Assembly (NCBI GenBank): GCA_964493515.1
Contig: CAZBNJ010000005.1
Location: forward strand, 1-60,634
DNA: 60,634 bases
Direction of reading: 5' to 3'
Source of the DNA: an uncultured Oscillospiraceae bacterium
Lineage (GTDB): Bacteria > Bacillota > Clostridia > Oscillospirales > JAAYOS01
How positions within the stretch are numbered: position 1 is the stretch's first letter; each line of letters starts with the position of its first letter. Positions 46,436-53,968 of this stretch are shown here, in pieces. Position numbers and translations under genes: made by a program. The notes under the pieces were generated by a model. It saw only the letters and a list, made by a program, of their open reading frames with translations. It searched no databases and was not told the DNA's origin.

Positions 46436-46464
46436 ATCATACCACACACACGGGTGCTTGTCAA
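46436..46464 (-). promoter_or_regulatory. promoter of the T-box leader
   Basis: TTGACA (46464-46459)-17-TATGAT (46441-46436), with TG at the extended -10 position. Confidence 0.7.
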
Positions 46465-46521
46465 TCGGGATTTTCCACAAAAACGGCGCGGGGCATACCC
46501 CGTCCGTCCGCCGTCCCCTTT

Positions 46522-47259
46522 CTACTTCACATCCGCGAGAACGAACTCCTGCTCAAAGTGTATCCTGCCCTCCGGACTCGAGCCGCGCACATACCAGCGG
46601 TCGCCGTCGTTCGCGCTCGCGAGCACAATGTCGTCTCCCGCGACGCACTGCGAGCTGAAGGACACCGTCATCTCGCGTATCCACTTGTCCGGCATGGTCT
46701 CCAGTGCGATATGGTCGGCGGCAAAGTCGGTGTATCGCGTGTTGTTCACATGGCGGTTCATGTCCATGTCGCTGTAACGCACGCGGTGGATCTCCGGCTC
46801 GCCCAGCGTCTCTATCGGCGATATCTTCTCGACCGGCTTGAACCTCGGCGCGCCGAGATCGGGGAAATCCGCAAGCTCGAACAGCGCTTTCGGCCGCAGC
46901 ATGCGCCCGGTGTCGATGTTCGCTATCACCCACGTCGCCGACACCTCGCCCACCGACTCGTCGCCCACGAATATCTCGCTCTCGCGCGGGAAAACAGCTC
47001 CCTTTGTCTCCGCCGCCCAGGTCGTGACCCGCACATATTCGCCGTAGCGTATCGGACGCTTCAGCTCCACGCGGGTGCGAATGACCATCCACACCGAGTC
47101 GAGGTGCTCGAGCGTCCACTCGCGGTCGATGCCAAGCTCCAGCACATGACCTATCGCCGCCTCCTGTATAAAGTGCATCAGCGACGACGGACGCAACCTG
47201 CCGAAGCAGTCGCTCTCGCACGCGCCTACGCCAAACTCTATCGAAAACGTATCGTTCAT
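46522..47259 (-). CDS. acyl-ACP thioesterase
   Basis: Double hot-dog pattern (CESDCFGRLRPSSLMHFIQEAA ... VRYSDMDMNRHVNNTRY). The start is at 47259 (GGAGG); the upstream 190 codons of the track ORF are rejected. Confidence 0.88.
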   Translation of the reverse strand: MNDTFSIEFGVGACESDCFGRLRPSSLMHFIQEAAIGHVLELGIDREWTLEHLDSVWMVIRTRVELKRPIRYGEYVRVTTWAAETKGAVFPRESEIFVGDESVGEVSATWVIANIDTGRMLRPKALFELADFPDLGAPRFKPVEKISPIETLGEPEIHRVRYSDMDMNRHVNNTRYTDFAADHIALETMPDKWIREMTVSFSSQCVAGDDIVLASANDGDRWYVRGSSPEGRIHFEQEFVLADVK

Positions 47260-47388
47260 CCGAAAACCTCCGGGAAAATTTCTATCCTGTATTTTACACC
47301 TTTGCGCGAAAGTTTGCAAGCGTTCGTCTTGCCCACCGACCGGATATGTGGTAGACTTATCACAACGAAAAAACACGGAGGTGCCCAC

Positions 47389-47880
47389 ATGTTCAGTGAG
47401 ATGCGGCGTAAAAATCAGGCGCTCGACCGCGCCGAATGTGAGACGATACTCGCGCTGTGTACCCACGGCGTGCTTGCGCTCGACGGCGACGACAGCTATC
47501 CCTATGCCGTGCCGCTCAGCTATGTCTACGCGGACGGACGCGTATTCTTCCACTGCGCCATCGAAGGCCACAAGCTGCGCGCAATACGCCGCAACGACCG
47601 CGCGTCCTTCTGCGTGGTGTCGCAGGACGATGTCGTGCCCGAGCGCTTCACCACCCACTACCGCAGCGTTATCGTCTTTGGACGCGTGCGCGAGCTTGAC
47701 GGCAGCGACAAGCGTGCCGCCATCGAGCTGCTTGCCCGCCGCTACTCGCCAAACGAGACCGACGCGTCGATCTCCGCTGAGATAGACGGCAGCTTTGCGC
47801 ATATGTGCGTGCTCGAGCTTGCCGTCGAGCACATGACCGGCAAGGAGTCGCGCGAGCTTGCGGAGATGCGCAAGAAGTGA
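47389..47880 (+). CDS. pyridoxamine 5'-phosphate oxidase family (NimA-like) flavoprotein
   Basis: MRRKNQALDRAECETIL..HGVLAL..YPYAVPLSYVY..GRVFFHCA..GHKL is the typical Pyridox_ox_2 / Nim pattern. Confidence 0.85.
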   Translation: MFSEMRRKNQALDRAECETILALCTHGVLALDGDDSYPYAVPLSYVYADGRVFFHCAIEGHKLRAIRRNDRASFCVVSQDDVVPERFTTHYRSVIVFGRVRELDGSDKRAAIELLARRYSPNETDASISAEIDGSFAHMCVLELAVEHMTGKESRELAEMRKK

Positions 47881-47883
47881 CCG

Positions 47884-48294
47884 CTACCTCTCAAGCTCGC
47901 TCAGTCCGAGCCACATGAACAGCTCGTACACCTTCAGGCTCGGCGCTATCTCGTAGATATCCGCGCCGAATCCGACCCTGATGTCGTCGCCGCTCAGCAC
48001 CTTCTCGCCGAGCAGCTGCTCCGGCGTCTGCGCGGGCTTGTCCGGGTTGTCGCGGAAGTAGACCTGTACCTGCGCGCGGACATATTTCATCTCACCGCCG
48101 ATGCCGCTCTTGCGTATCGACTGAAGCTCGTCTACGCGCGCGTAGAAGTCGTCGCCAAGCTCTTCACGCCGCGCGCCGCCGAGCAGATACTCGCGCGCGT
48201 ACATGGCAAGCCCCTGCTTTGACAGCTCCTCCACCCCTGCCTGGAACTCCTTGGCAAGGCGATATGTGGACGTTGCAAAACTGACATTCCGCAT
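47884..48294 (-). CDS. hypothetical protein (136 aa)
   Basis: An ORF with AAAGGAG upstream of the ATG at 48294. I recognise no family. The longer track ORF would run through the tRNA gene. Confidence 0.55.
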   Translation of the reverse strand: MRNVSFATSTYRLAKEFQAGVEELSKQGLAMYAREYLLGGARREELGDDFYARVDELQSIRKSGIGGEMKYVRAQVQVYFRDNPDKPAQTPEQLLGEKVLSGDDIRVGFGADIYEIAPSLKVYELFMWLGLSELER

Positions 48295-48323
48295 AGTCGT
48301 TTCTCCTTTGCGATGAACCGTTA

Positions 48324-48356
48324 TAAAAAATCGGTGAGCCCCAAAGGACTCACCGA
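48324..48356 (-). terminator. terminator immediately 3' of tRNA-Pro
   Basis: UCGGUGAG-N11-CUCACCGA followed by UUUUUU on the minus strand. Confidence 0.75.
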
Positions 48357-48432
48357 TGGTCCGAGTGACAGGACTTGAACCTGCGGCCTCTTGACCCCCA
48401 GTCAAGCGCGCTACCAGCTGCGCCACACCCGG
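48357..48432 (-). tRNA. tRNA-Pro (anticodon GGG), CCA encoded
   Basis: Hand-folded cloverleaf: acceptor CCGGGUG/CACUCGG, D-stem GCGC, anticodon stem CUUGA/UCAAG with loop CUGGGGG, T-arm GCAGG-UUCAAGU-CCUGU, and 3' ACCA. Confidence 0.88.
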
Positions 48433-48448
48433 TTATTCGTGCTTGGAT

Positions 48449-48477
48449 ATTGTAGCACAGCCGGACAGGATTGTCAA
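48449..48477 (-). promoter_or_regulatory. tRNA-Pro promoter
   Basis: TTGACA (48477-48472)-17-TACAAT (48454-48449), about 16 nt upstream of the mature 5' end. Confidence 0.65.
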
Positions 48478-48627
48478 ATTATTTTTGCGTCCAACTCAAC
48501 TCAAGCCACGCTTGAGTTGGCAGATTTATGCCGATTCAACCGTCGCTTGCTTTACTTTGCCGGCGTTTTGGGATATGATAGTGCCATGAAGCGGTGGGCC
48601 CGCCGCGAATCCAAAGGAGGCAGAACA

Positions 48628-50538
48628 ATGTTTGACATAGTAAAACTCGGTAAAAACATTTCCGCGCGCCGCAAGACGCTCGGTATGACACAGATGGAGC
48701 TTGCGGATAAGCTGGGTATCAGCTATCAGGCGGTATCCAACTGGGAGCGCGGGCAGACCGCGCCGGACATCTCCAAGCTTGGCGAGATAGCCGAGATACT
48801 CGGCTGCTCCATCGACGAGCTGCTCGGCTCGCAGCGCACCGCGGAGGTGATAAAGCAGGTCGAGGAGGCGGTCGAGGACCCGGACATCACGCCGGAGGAG
48901 CTTGCGGACGTCGCGCCGATACTCAAGCCCGAGCAGGTGGACAGGACATTCGGCTCGGTGTTCTCAAAGTTCGGCAACCTCGGTCAGGTAATTTCAAAGA
49001 AGGTGCAGGAGGCGATGAGCGGCAAGTTCTCCAGTCAGATAAACGAGGCGATCGAAGACAAGCTCGGTATGCTGCACGAGAAGCTCGACTCGATCGACCT
49101 AAACGACGTGCACGTCGAGACGCACGACATCGGCAGGGGCGGTATGTCCCTCACCGTGGTCGCAAACTCCGAAAACGAGTGGAAGGAATTTCGCGAGCTG
49201 CTCGACATAACGGTACACAACGAGCAGTCGCGCCGCGAGCTTGAGTCGCTTGCGAGGCGGTTCAGCATTGAATCGGTGCGTGACAAGCTGAAGGAGAAGC
49301 AGGTCACATACTCGGGCGAGTTCGACACGCACATCGAGGATATCGTCGATGAGATCGGGGAGGAGCTTGTCGAAGAGCGCGAGGACGAGTACATCGACCG
49401 CAGGGTCGAACGTGCGGAGCGCAAGATGGAGCGCAATGCAGAACGCGCCGAGCGACACGCGGAACGCGCAGCCGAGCGCGCCGAGCGGAATATCGAACGC
49501 AAATCGGAGCGCGCCGAGCGCAGAGCCGGACGGGTGGGGCGGTGGTTCGAGACGTTCACGAGCTCCGACGAGGACGGCGACGGACACCCGACATCCACCC
49601 TCGAAGCGCTCGCGCGACTCGCTCCCTTCCTTCCGACCGAAACGCTCAACCAAAAGCTGAGAGAGCTTGCGGAGGACGAAAACTCGGATGCCTCGGTGCT
49701 CATCGCGATAGCACCGCACGCCGATGACGACGTCGTAAGCGACGTTGCGCTCAAGCTATTCGAGCGCAGCGGAGATCTGAACGATGTGGTCGCGCTCGCA
49801 CCGTTCATGGACGATGATATCATCGACGAGCTTGCGATAAAGGCGCTCGACCGCACCGACGACTTCGCCGCCATCAGCGGGATAGCTCCGTTTATAAGCG
49901 ACGATACGCTCGCAAAGCTTGCCCGCGTCCGCTACGAAAAGACCGGCGAGATCGGCAGTCTTGCCTCGATAGCCCCGTTCCTTGACAGCGACGACCTGGG
50001 CGACATCGCAAAGCAGGCAGTGCGCGACGGCAAGTCGATAGGCAGTCTGTCGGCGATAGCTCCGTTTCTGGATGACGACGACCTGGGCGGCATCGCCCGC
50101 ACGATGGTCGAGCGCGGCGAAAAGATAGATAACCTCGCCGCGATAGCCCCGTTTATGGACGACGACGACCTGTACGACGTGGCGATGTACTCGGTAAAGA
50201 ACGGCGGCAGCGTACACGAGCTTGCGGGGATAGCTCCCTTCCTCGACGAGGAGCAGCTCGCCGAGATAGCAATGAACGCGCTCGACTCGGGCGCAGACTT
50301 CTCCGACCTCCAGCCGATAATGCCCTTCCTCGGAGGGCTCAACGAGAAGCTGTGGAGACACGCGCCCCCTGTCCCGCCAACGCCGGAAAAGCCCGCCAAG
50401 CAGTCGAACGAGGAGCTTATCCAGTCGCTCGTCACCCTGCTTGAGTCGAGCGGCGAGGCTGCGATAAATCCTCTGCGGAACGTGGTCGACCCGATAGTGC
50501 TCGGTGAGGCGATACGCCGCTGGGAGCAGAAAAAATAA
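48628..50538 (+). CDS. XRE-HTH protein with ERAER low-complexity region and eight 29-aa IAPF(L/M)DDD repeats
   Basis: N-terminal HTH_3 (LGMTQMELADKLGISYQAVSNWERGQTAPD). The start is at 48628 after AAAGGAGG. The upstream 79 codons of the track ORF overlap the tRNA and are rejected. Confidence 0.85.
   Translation: MFDIVKLGKNISARRKTLGMTQMELADKLGISYQAVSNWERGQTAPDISKLGEIAEILGCSIDELLGSQRTAEVIKQVEEAVEDPDITPEELADVAPILKPEQVDRTFGSVFSKFGNLGQVISKKVQEAMSGKFSSQINEAIEDKLGMLHEKLDSIDLNDVHVETHDIGRGGMSLTVVANSENEWKEFRELLDITVHNEQSRRELESLARRFSIESVRDKLKEKQVTYSGEFDTHIEDIVDEIGEELVEEREDEYIDRRVERAERKMERNAERAERHAERAAERAERNIERKSERAERRAGRVGRWFETFTSSDEDGDGHPTSTLEALARLAPFLPTETLNQKLRELAEDENSDASVLIAIAPHADDDVVSDVALKLFERSGDLNDVVALAPFMDDDIIDELAIKALDRTDDFAAISGIAPFISDDTLAKLARVRYEKTGEIGSLASIAPFLDSDDLGDIAKQAVRDGKSIGSLSAIAPFLDDDDLGGIARTMVERGEKIDNLAAIAPFMDDDDLYDVAMYSVKNGGSVHELAGIAPFLDEEQLAEIAMNALDSGADFSDLQPIMPFLGGLNEKLWRHAPPVPPTPEKPAKQSNEELIQSLVTLLESSGEAAINPLRNVVDPIVLGEAIRRWEQKK
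49600..50340 (+). repeat. in-frame 87-bp (29-aa) tandem coding repeats
   Basis: Units such as SGIAPFISDDTLAKLARVRYEKTGEIGSL, ASIAPFLDSDDLGDIAKQAVRDGKSIGSL, SAIAPFLDDDDLGGIARTMVERGEKIDNL and AAIAPFMDDDDLYDVAMYSVKNGGSVHEL. Confidence 0.85.
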
Positions 50539-50547
50539 AAAGGTAAT

Positions 50548-50587
50548 AAATCGGCTTCGGAGATTTTCTTCTCCTAAGCCGATTTTT
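50548..50587. terminator. bidirectional terminator
   Basis: AAATCGGCTTCGGAG-N9-CTCCTAAGCCGATTTTT. Confidence 0.8.
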
Positions 50588-50598
50588 GTCGCCCGATA

Positions 50599-51696
50599 TC
50601 ACTCGACGAAGAACGCGTCGTATACCTCTCGAACATCCACCTTGCCGAACGCGTCGGTCTTTTCCACCGCAAGCCCGTCCCGCACCGGGTCGAGTATCTC
50701 GCGGAACAGCCCAAGCCCATATTCCTCTTTTATCTCGTTAAAGTTTTCGGTCAGATAGGATGTGTCCAGCTCCTCGCGAAGTATCAGGACATACGCGCCG
50801 TCGATGTCCACTATCCCGCTTATCTCGCCCGGCGCAAGCGACTGTGCCGCCGCGACGTACACGTCGGGCATGGTGCTTAGCTCAAAGGTTATCTTCTCGC
50901 CGAGCAGCTCGTCGTCGCTGTTATCGTCCGCGAGCTTCGCAAAGTCGGCGCCGCCGTCGAGCTGCGACTTCAAAGCCGCCGTCTCGTCGTACACGCGCTG
51001 CGTCTCCTCTTCGGAGAGATAGTTCCCGTCGTCGTCTATCGCCACCTTCAGGATGTGTCGCGTGGTCAGATAATTCTCGCCGAAGTACGCCGCAGCCGCG
51101 TCGTCGGATATCTCGCGCTCGCCGCCGTCGCCGAATATGTTGTTGTACACGACATAGTACAGCTCGGGCACATATATCAGATACTCGTACAGCTCGCGGG
51201 TCATGCCGATCTCGGCAAGCTGCGCGGCAAACTCGTCATCGCCGCCCGCGCTCTCGACATATCCCGCTATCTCCTCCTCAAGCTCGGACATTCGCGCGTC
51301 GTCTATCTCGTAGCCGTTGTCGCGCGCGTACTTCACCACCGCGCGGAACAGCTTGCAGGTGTCTATCGCCTCGTCGACGAAAAACTCGCGCGCGGGCTTG
51401 CCGTCTATCTCCTCGTCCCAGTCGACCGCGTACTCGCCGTAGTATTCATAGGCGTTCATAAGCGACGCCATCTGGTAGCGCATCTCGCCCAGGGATACCG
51501 CGTCGCCGTCGACGTACATCACCGTCTCGGTAAGCTCGGCCATGCCGTATGCCGGCGCGATCGTTGTGCTCTGCGACGGCGCATCCGACTCGGACGGAGC
51601 CGCCGAGCCGTCTATCGGCTTGCCCTCGTCCACCGAACAGCCAAACAGCGAAAGCGTGAGTATCAGCGCAAGCAGAAGTGCCGCAAATCTCTTCAA
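50599..51696 (-). CDS. PrsA/SurA-like lipoprotein with parvulin-type PPIase domain
   Basis: Lipobox LFGCS. The C-terminal block TTRHILKV...GGADFAKLADDNSDD...LAPGEISGIVDIDGAYVLI resembles a PpiC rotamase. The start is TTG. Confidence 0.7.
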   Translation of the reverse strand: MKRFAALLLALILTLSLFGCSVDEGKPIDGSAAPSESDAPSQSTTIAPAYGMAELTETVMYVDGDAVSLGEMRYQMASLMNAYEYYGEYAVDWDEEIDGKPAREFFVDEAIDTCKLFRAVVKYARDNGYEIDDARMSELEEEIAGYVESAGGDDEFAAQLAEIGMTRELYEYLIYVPELYYVVYNNIFGDGGEREISDDAAAAYFGENYLTTRHILKVAIDDDGNYLSEEETQRVYDETAALKSQLDGGADFAKLADDNSDDELLGEKITFELSTMPDVYVAAAQSLAPGEISGIVDIDGAYVLILREELDTSYLTENFNEIKEEYGLGLFREILDPVRDGLAVEKTDAFGKVDVREVYDAFFVE

Positions 51697-51780
51697 GGCA
51701 GTGTACCTCCAGGTGAAAAATGTACCGCTGCCGTTATTGTACCACGCTTTGACCGTCGGCGCAAGCGCGCTTTTGCGGCG

Positions 51781-52854
51781 CTATCCCTTCTTTTTCATCA
51801 GCGACGCCACTCCGAGCACCAGCGTCACCGCCGCAAACGCTATCGCGTATCCCATCGCAAACGACGTCTCCGCCGCCTTCAGCTCTACCTGGCTTGGCAG
51901 CAGGACGAGCGCCGCGGTCACTCCCACCGCCGCTATGACGAATGCGGGGCTTTTCCTGCCCCCGATGTCCGGACAGAACCGCTCGACCGCGCCGACAATG
52001 AGCGTAAGCTCCACCGTCACGCGGAGTATCGCGGTCGCGACGGCGGGTATCATCAGCAGCGCCTCCATGCGTTCGAGCACGCCGCTGAGTCCGCTTATCC
52101 GCAGCGCGTGATAGGTCGGAAAGTTGAAGATGTCCAGCATCTCCGCCCCGAGCAGCGCCACGTTGAAAAGCATCACCACCGCCAGCAGCGCGCCCCCGAT
52201 GGCAAGTCCCGCCATGAGCGGCGCCGCGCGTCGTTTTTCGTCCTTCCCAAACGGAAACACCGTTGCCGCAAGCAGCAGGACGCTTCCCGCGCACTCGGCG
52301 AAAAGCCCGACAGCTCCGCCGAATATGCCATCCGCGTCGGCGGCAAGCCCGTCGGACACCGCGCGCGGGTCGAAGTCGCCCACCGTGGCGGCAAGGCATA
52401 TCACAAGCGACACGCCCGCCACCAGCGCCGCAAGCTCTGTCCATCGTCCGACGGTGCTCCGCCCGCAGGACGCGCACCACGCGGCGGTCGCGGCGAGCGA
52501 TATGGCTATCAGCCATCGCGGCGTCTCGGTTATCAGGTTCGCGCCGACAAACTGCGTTATCACCGCCAGGTCGCGCACGAGCATACCCAGCGCCAGCACG
52601 CCGAGCACCGCCGCGACCGCGCCTCCGCCGAAGCCTCCGAGCACGTCGCTTGCCGAGCCGAAGAAATCGCGCTGCGGCGCTCGCGAGCCGACAAGTCCGA
52701 GCACCGCGCACACGAGCACGCCCGCGGCGGTCGCTATCAGCATCGACACCCAGCCCGCGCCCGCCGAACCCCTCGGTGCGCCGCCGAGCAGCGCGCCTCC
52801 GGTCACAAACATCGCCGCCGCAAGTCCTCTCGCTCGCGGACTGACATGACGCAT
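51781..52854 (-). CDS. spore germination protein, GerAB-type permease subunit
   Basis: 357-aa polytopic membrane protein, last gene of the ger operon. The start is at 52854 (GGGAGG). Confidence 0.72.
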   Translation of the reverse strand: MRHVSPRARGLAAAMFVTGGALLGGAPRGSAGAGWVSMLIATAAGVLVCAVLGLVGSRAPQRDFFGSASDVLGGFGGGAVAAVLGVLALGMLVRDLAVITQFVGANLITETPRWLIAISLAATAAWCASCGRSTVGRWTELAALVAGVSLVICLAATVGDFDPRAVSDGLAADADGIFGGAVGLFAECAGSVLLLAATVFPFGKDEKRRAAPLMAGLAIGGALLAVVMLFNVALLGAEMLDIFNFPTYHALRISGLSGVLERMEALLMIPAVATAILRVTVELTLIVGAVERFCPDIGGRKSPAFVIAAVGVTAALVLLPSQVELKAAETSFAMGYAIAFAAVTLVLGVASLMKKKG

Positions 52855-52867
52855 ACGCCTTACCTCC

Positions 52868-53968
52868 CTATCCAAGCGGCGACCGCGCGATAAGCCCGGT
52901 GTTCGCAAGCTCTATTTCGATGCTGACCTCGACCTTGCAGCCGAGCGCCGTCTCATTTGCCGCGTCCGCTCCGACCAGCGGCCGCAACGCCGACGTCATG
53001 TCCACCGCGTCCGCGCCAAGCTCCCGCGCCGCGTCTATCGCGTCGGCTATCCGCACCGCGAGCAGCTCCGCGGCGGCATCGAGCATCCTTTGTATCTCCC
53101 GCTCCTCGGCGTGCTCCGCGTCCGCGTCGTAGTATTTTATCGTGCAGTCCCCGTCAAGCGCAAAGGTCACCACCGCGTCCCCCTCGTCGCTTATCTCGGC
53201 GGACATCCGCGAGTTCAGCTCGTCCAGCTCCAGCCCGTAATCGCCCGAGTCGCTTCGCACAAGCTCATAGCTGTCGCCCGCGCCGATGAGCAGCAACAGG
53301 TCGCGCGCGTGACGATCGCTCATAAACCCGGCGAGCTTGCCGCCCACCATCACCGCGCCGCCGTCCACCACCGCGTACTCGCGCTCCTCGTCCTGCGCAG
53401 CAAGCGAAAATGCCGGCAGCAGCGCCGCGCCCGAGCTCTCGATGGCCTCCACCGTCCGATGCGCGCTCGAACCCGCGCCGCGCGCCGAAAATCCGCTCGT
53501 TCTCACCGCCGACGCAAGTGCGCTGCCCACGGCATACGAGCCGCTGTGCTCTCCCGAAAGTATCGTCTTTGCGTCCTCCTCGCCGCTCACGCCGATGACC
53601 ACCGTCAGCCGCAGGTCGCCCGCGCGCAGCACCCAGTCGACTATCGGTGCGAACGCCGACTTTGCCGCGTCACTGCTCAGCACCAACGCCTGCGCGTGGC
53701 CCCAGTAGAGCGCCGCGCCGCACAGCGTCTTCAGCTTCTGCTCCGCCAGATCGAGCGACGGCGCGGTCGCGGCGAACATCTGCGTCTCGATAGGCTCGTC
53801 CAGCGACGAACCCTCGGTCTTTACCACCTCAATGGTCAGCTCGTAGCCGTCGTCCTTTGTCCAGTCTATCGCCGCGCCGGTGATTATCGCCATGCGGTCG
53901 GGGTCGACATAGTCGCATCCGCCGAGCAGCATCGCCGCGACGAGCGCTACCGCAAGCAATCGTTTCAC
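52868..53968 (-). CDS. Ger(x)C-family germinant receptor lipoprotein
   Basis: A GTG start overlaps the gerAA stop, with lipobox LLGGCDY. GerAC-like blocks are present (IITGAAIDW, ELTIEVVK, VVIGVSGEEDAK). Confidence 0.82.
   Translation of the reverse strand: MKRLLAVALVAAMLLGGCDYVDPDRMAIITGAAIDWTKDDGYELTIEVVKTEGSSLDEPIETQMFAATAPSLDLAEQKLKTLCGAALYWGHAQALVLSSDAAKSAFAPIVDWVLRAGDLRLTVVIGVSGEEDAKTILSGEHSGSYAVGSALASAVRTSGFSARGAGSSAHRTVEAIESSGAALLPAFSLAAQDEEREYAVVDGGAVMVGGKLAGFMSDRHARDLLLLIGAGDSYELVRSDSGDYGLELDELNSRMSAEISDEGDAVVTFALDGDCTIKYYDADAEHAEEREIQRMLDAAAELLAVRIADAIDAARELGADAVDMTSALRPLVGADAANETALGCKVEVSIEIELANTGLIARSPLG

Noticed and set aside
47260-47832. Upstream 190 codons of the 436-aa ORF containing the acyl-ACP thioesterase.
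   Set aside because: This part overlaps the convergent or divergent PNPOx-family gene region in antisense. It has an Ala/Val/Arg-rich composition and no family motifs. The thioesterase domain begins at MNDTFSIEF, preceded by GGAGG.
48391-48627. N-terminal 79-codon extension of the HTH/repeat protein ORF, and the 180-aa minus ORF 47884-48426.
   Set aside because: Both run through the tRNA-Pro gene and its terminator. Internal starts with strong SD sequences (48628 and 48294) give sensible proteins.
49600-50340. An 87-bp periodicity that might be mistaken for a CRISPR or other noncoding tandem array.
   Set aside because: The period is in frame within a long ORF. Units are conserved at the protein level (IAPFLDDDDL) but diverged at third codon positions. 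There is no repeat-spacer structure and no cas genes nearby.
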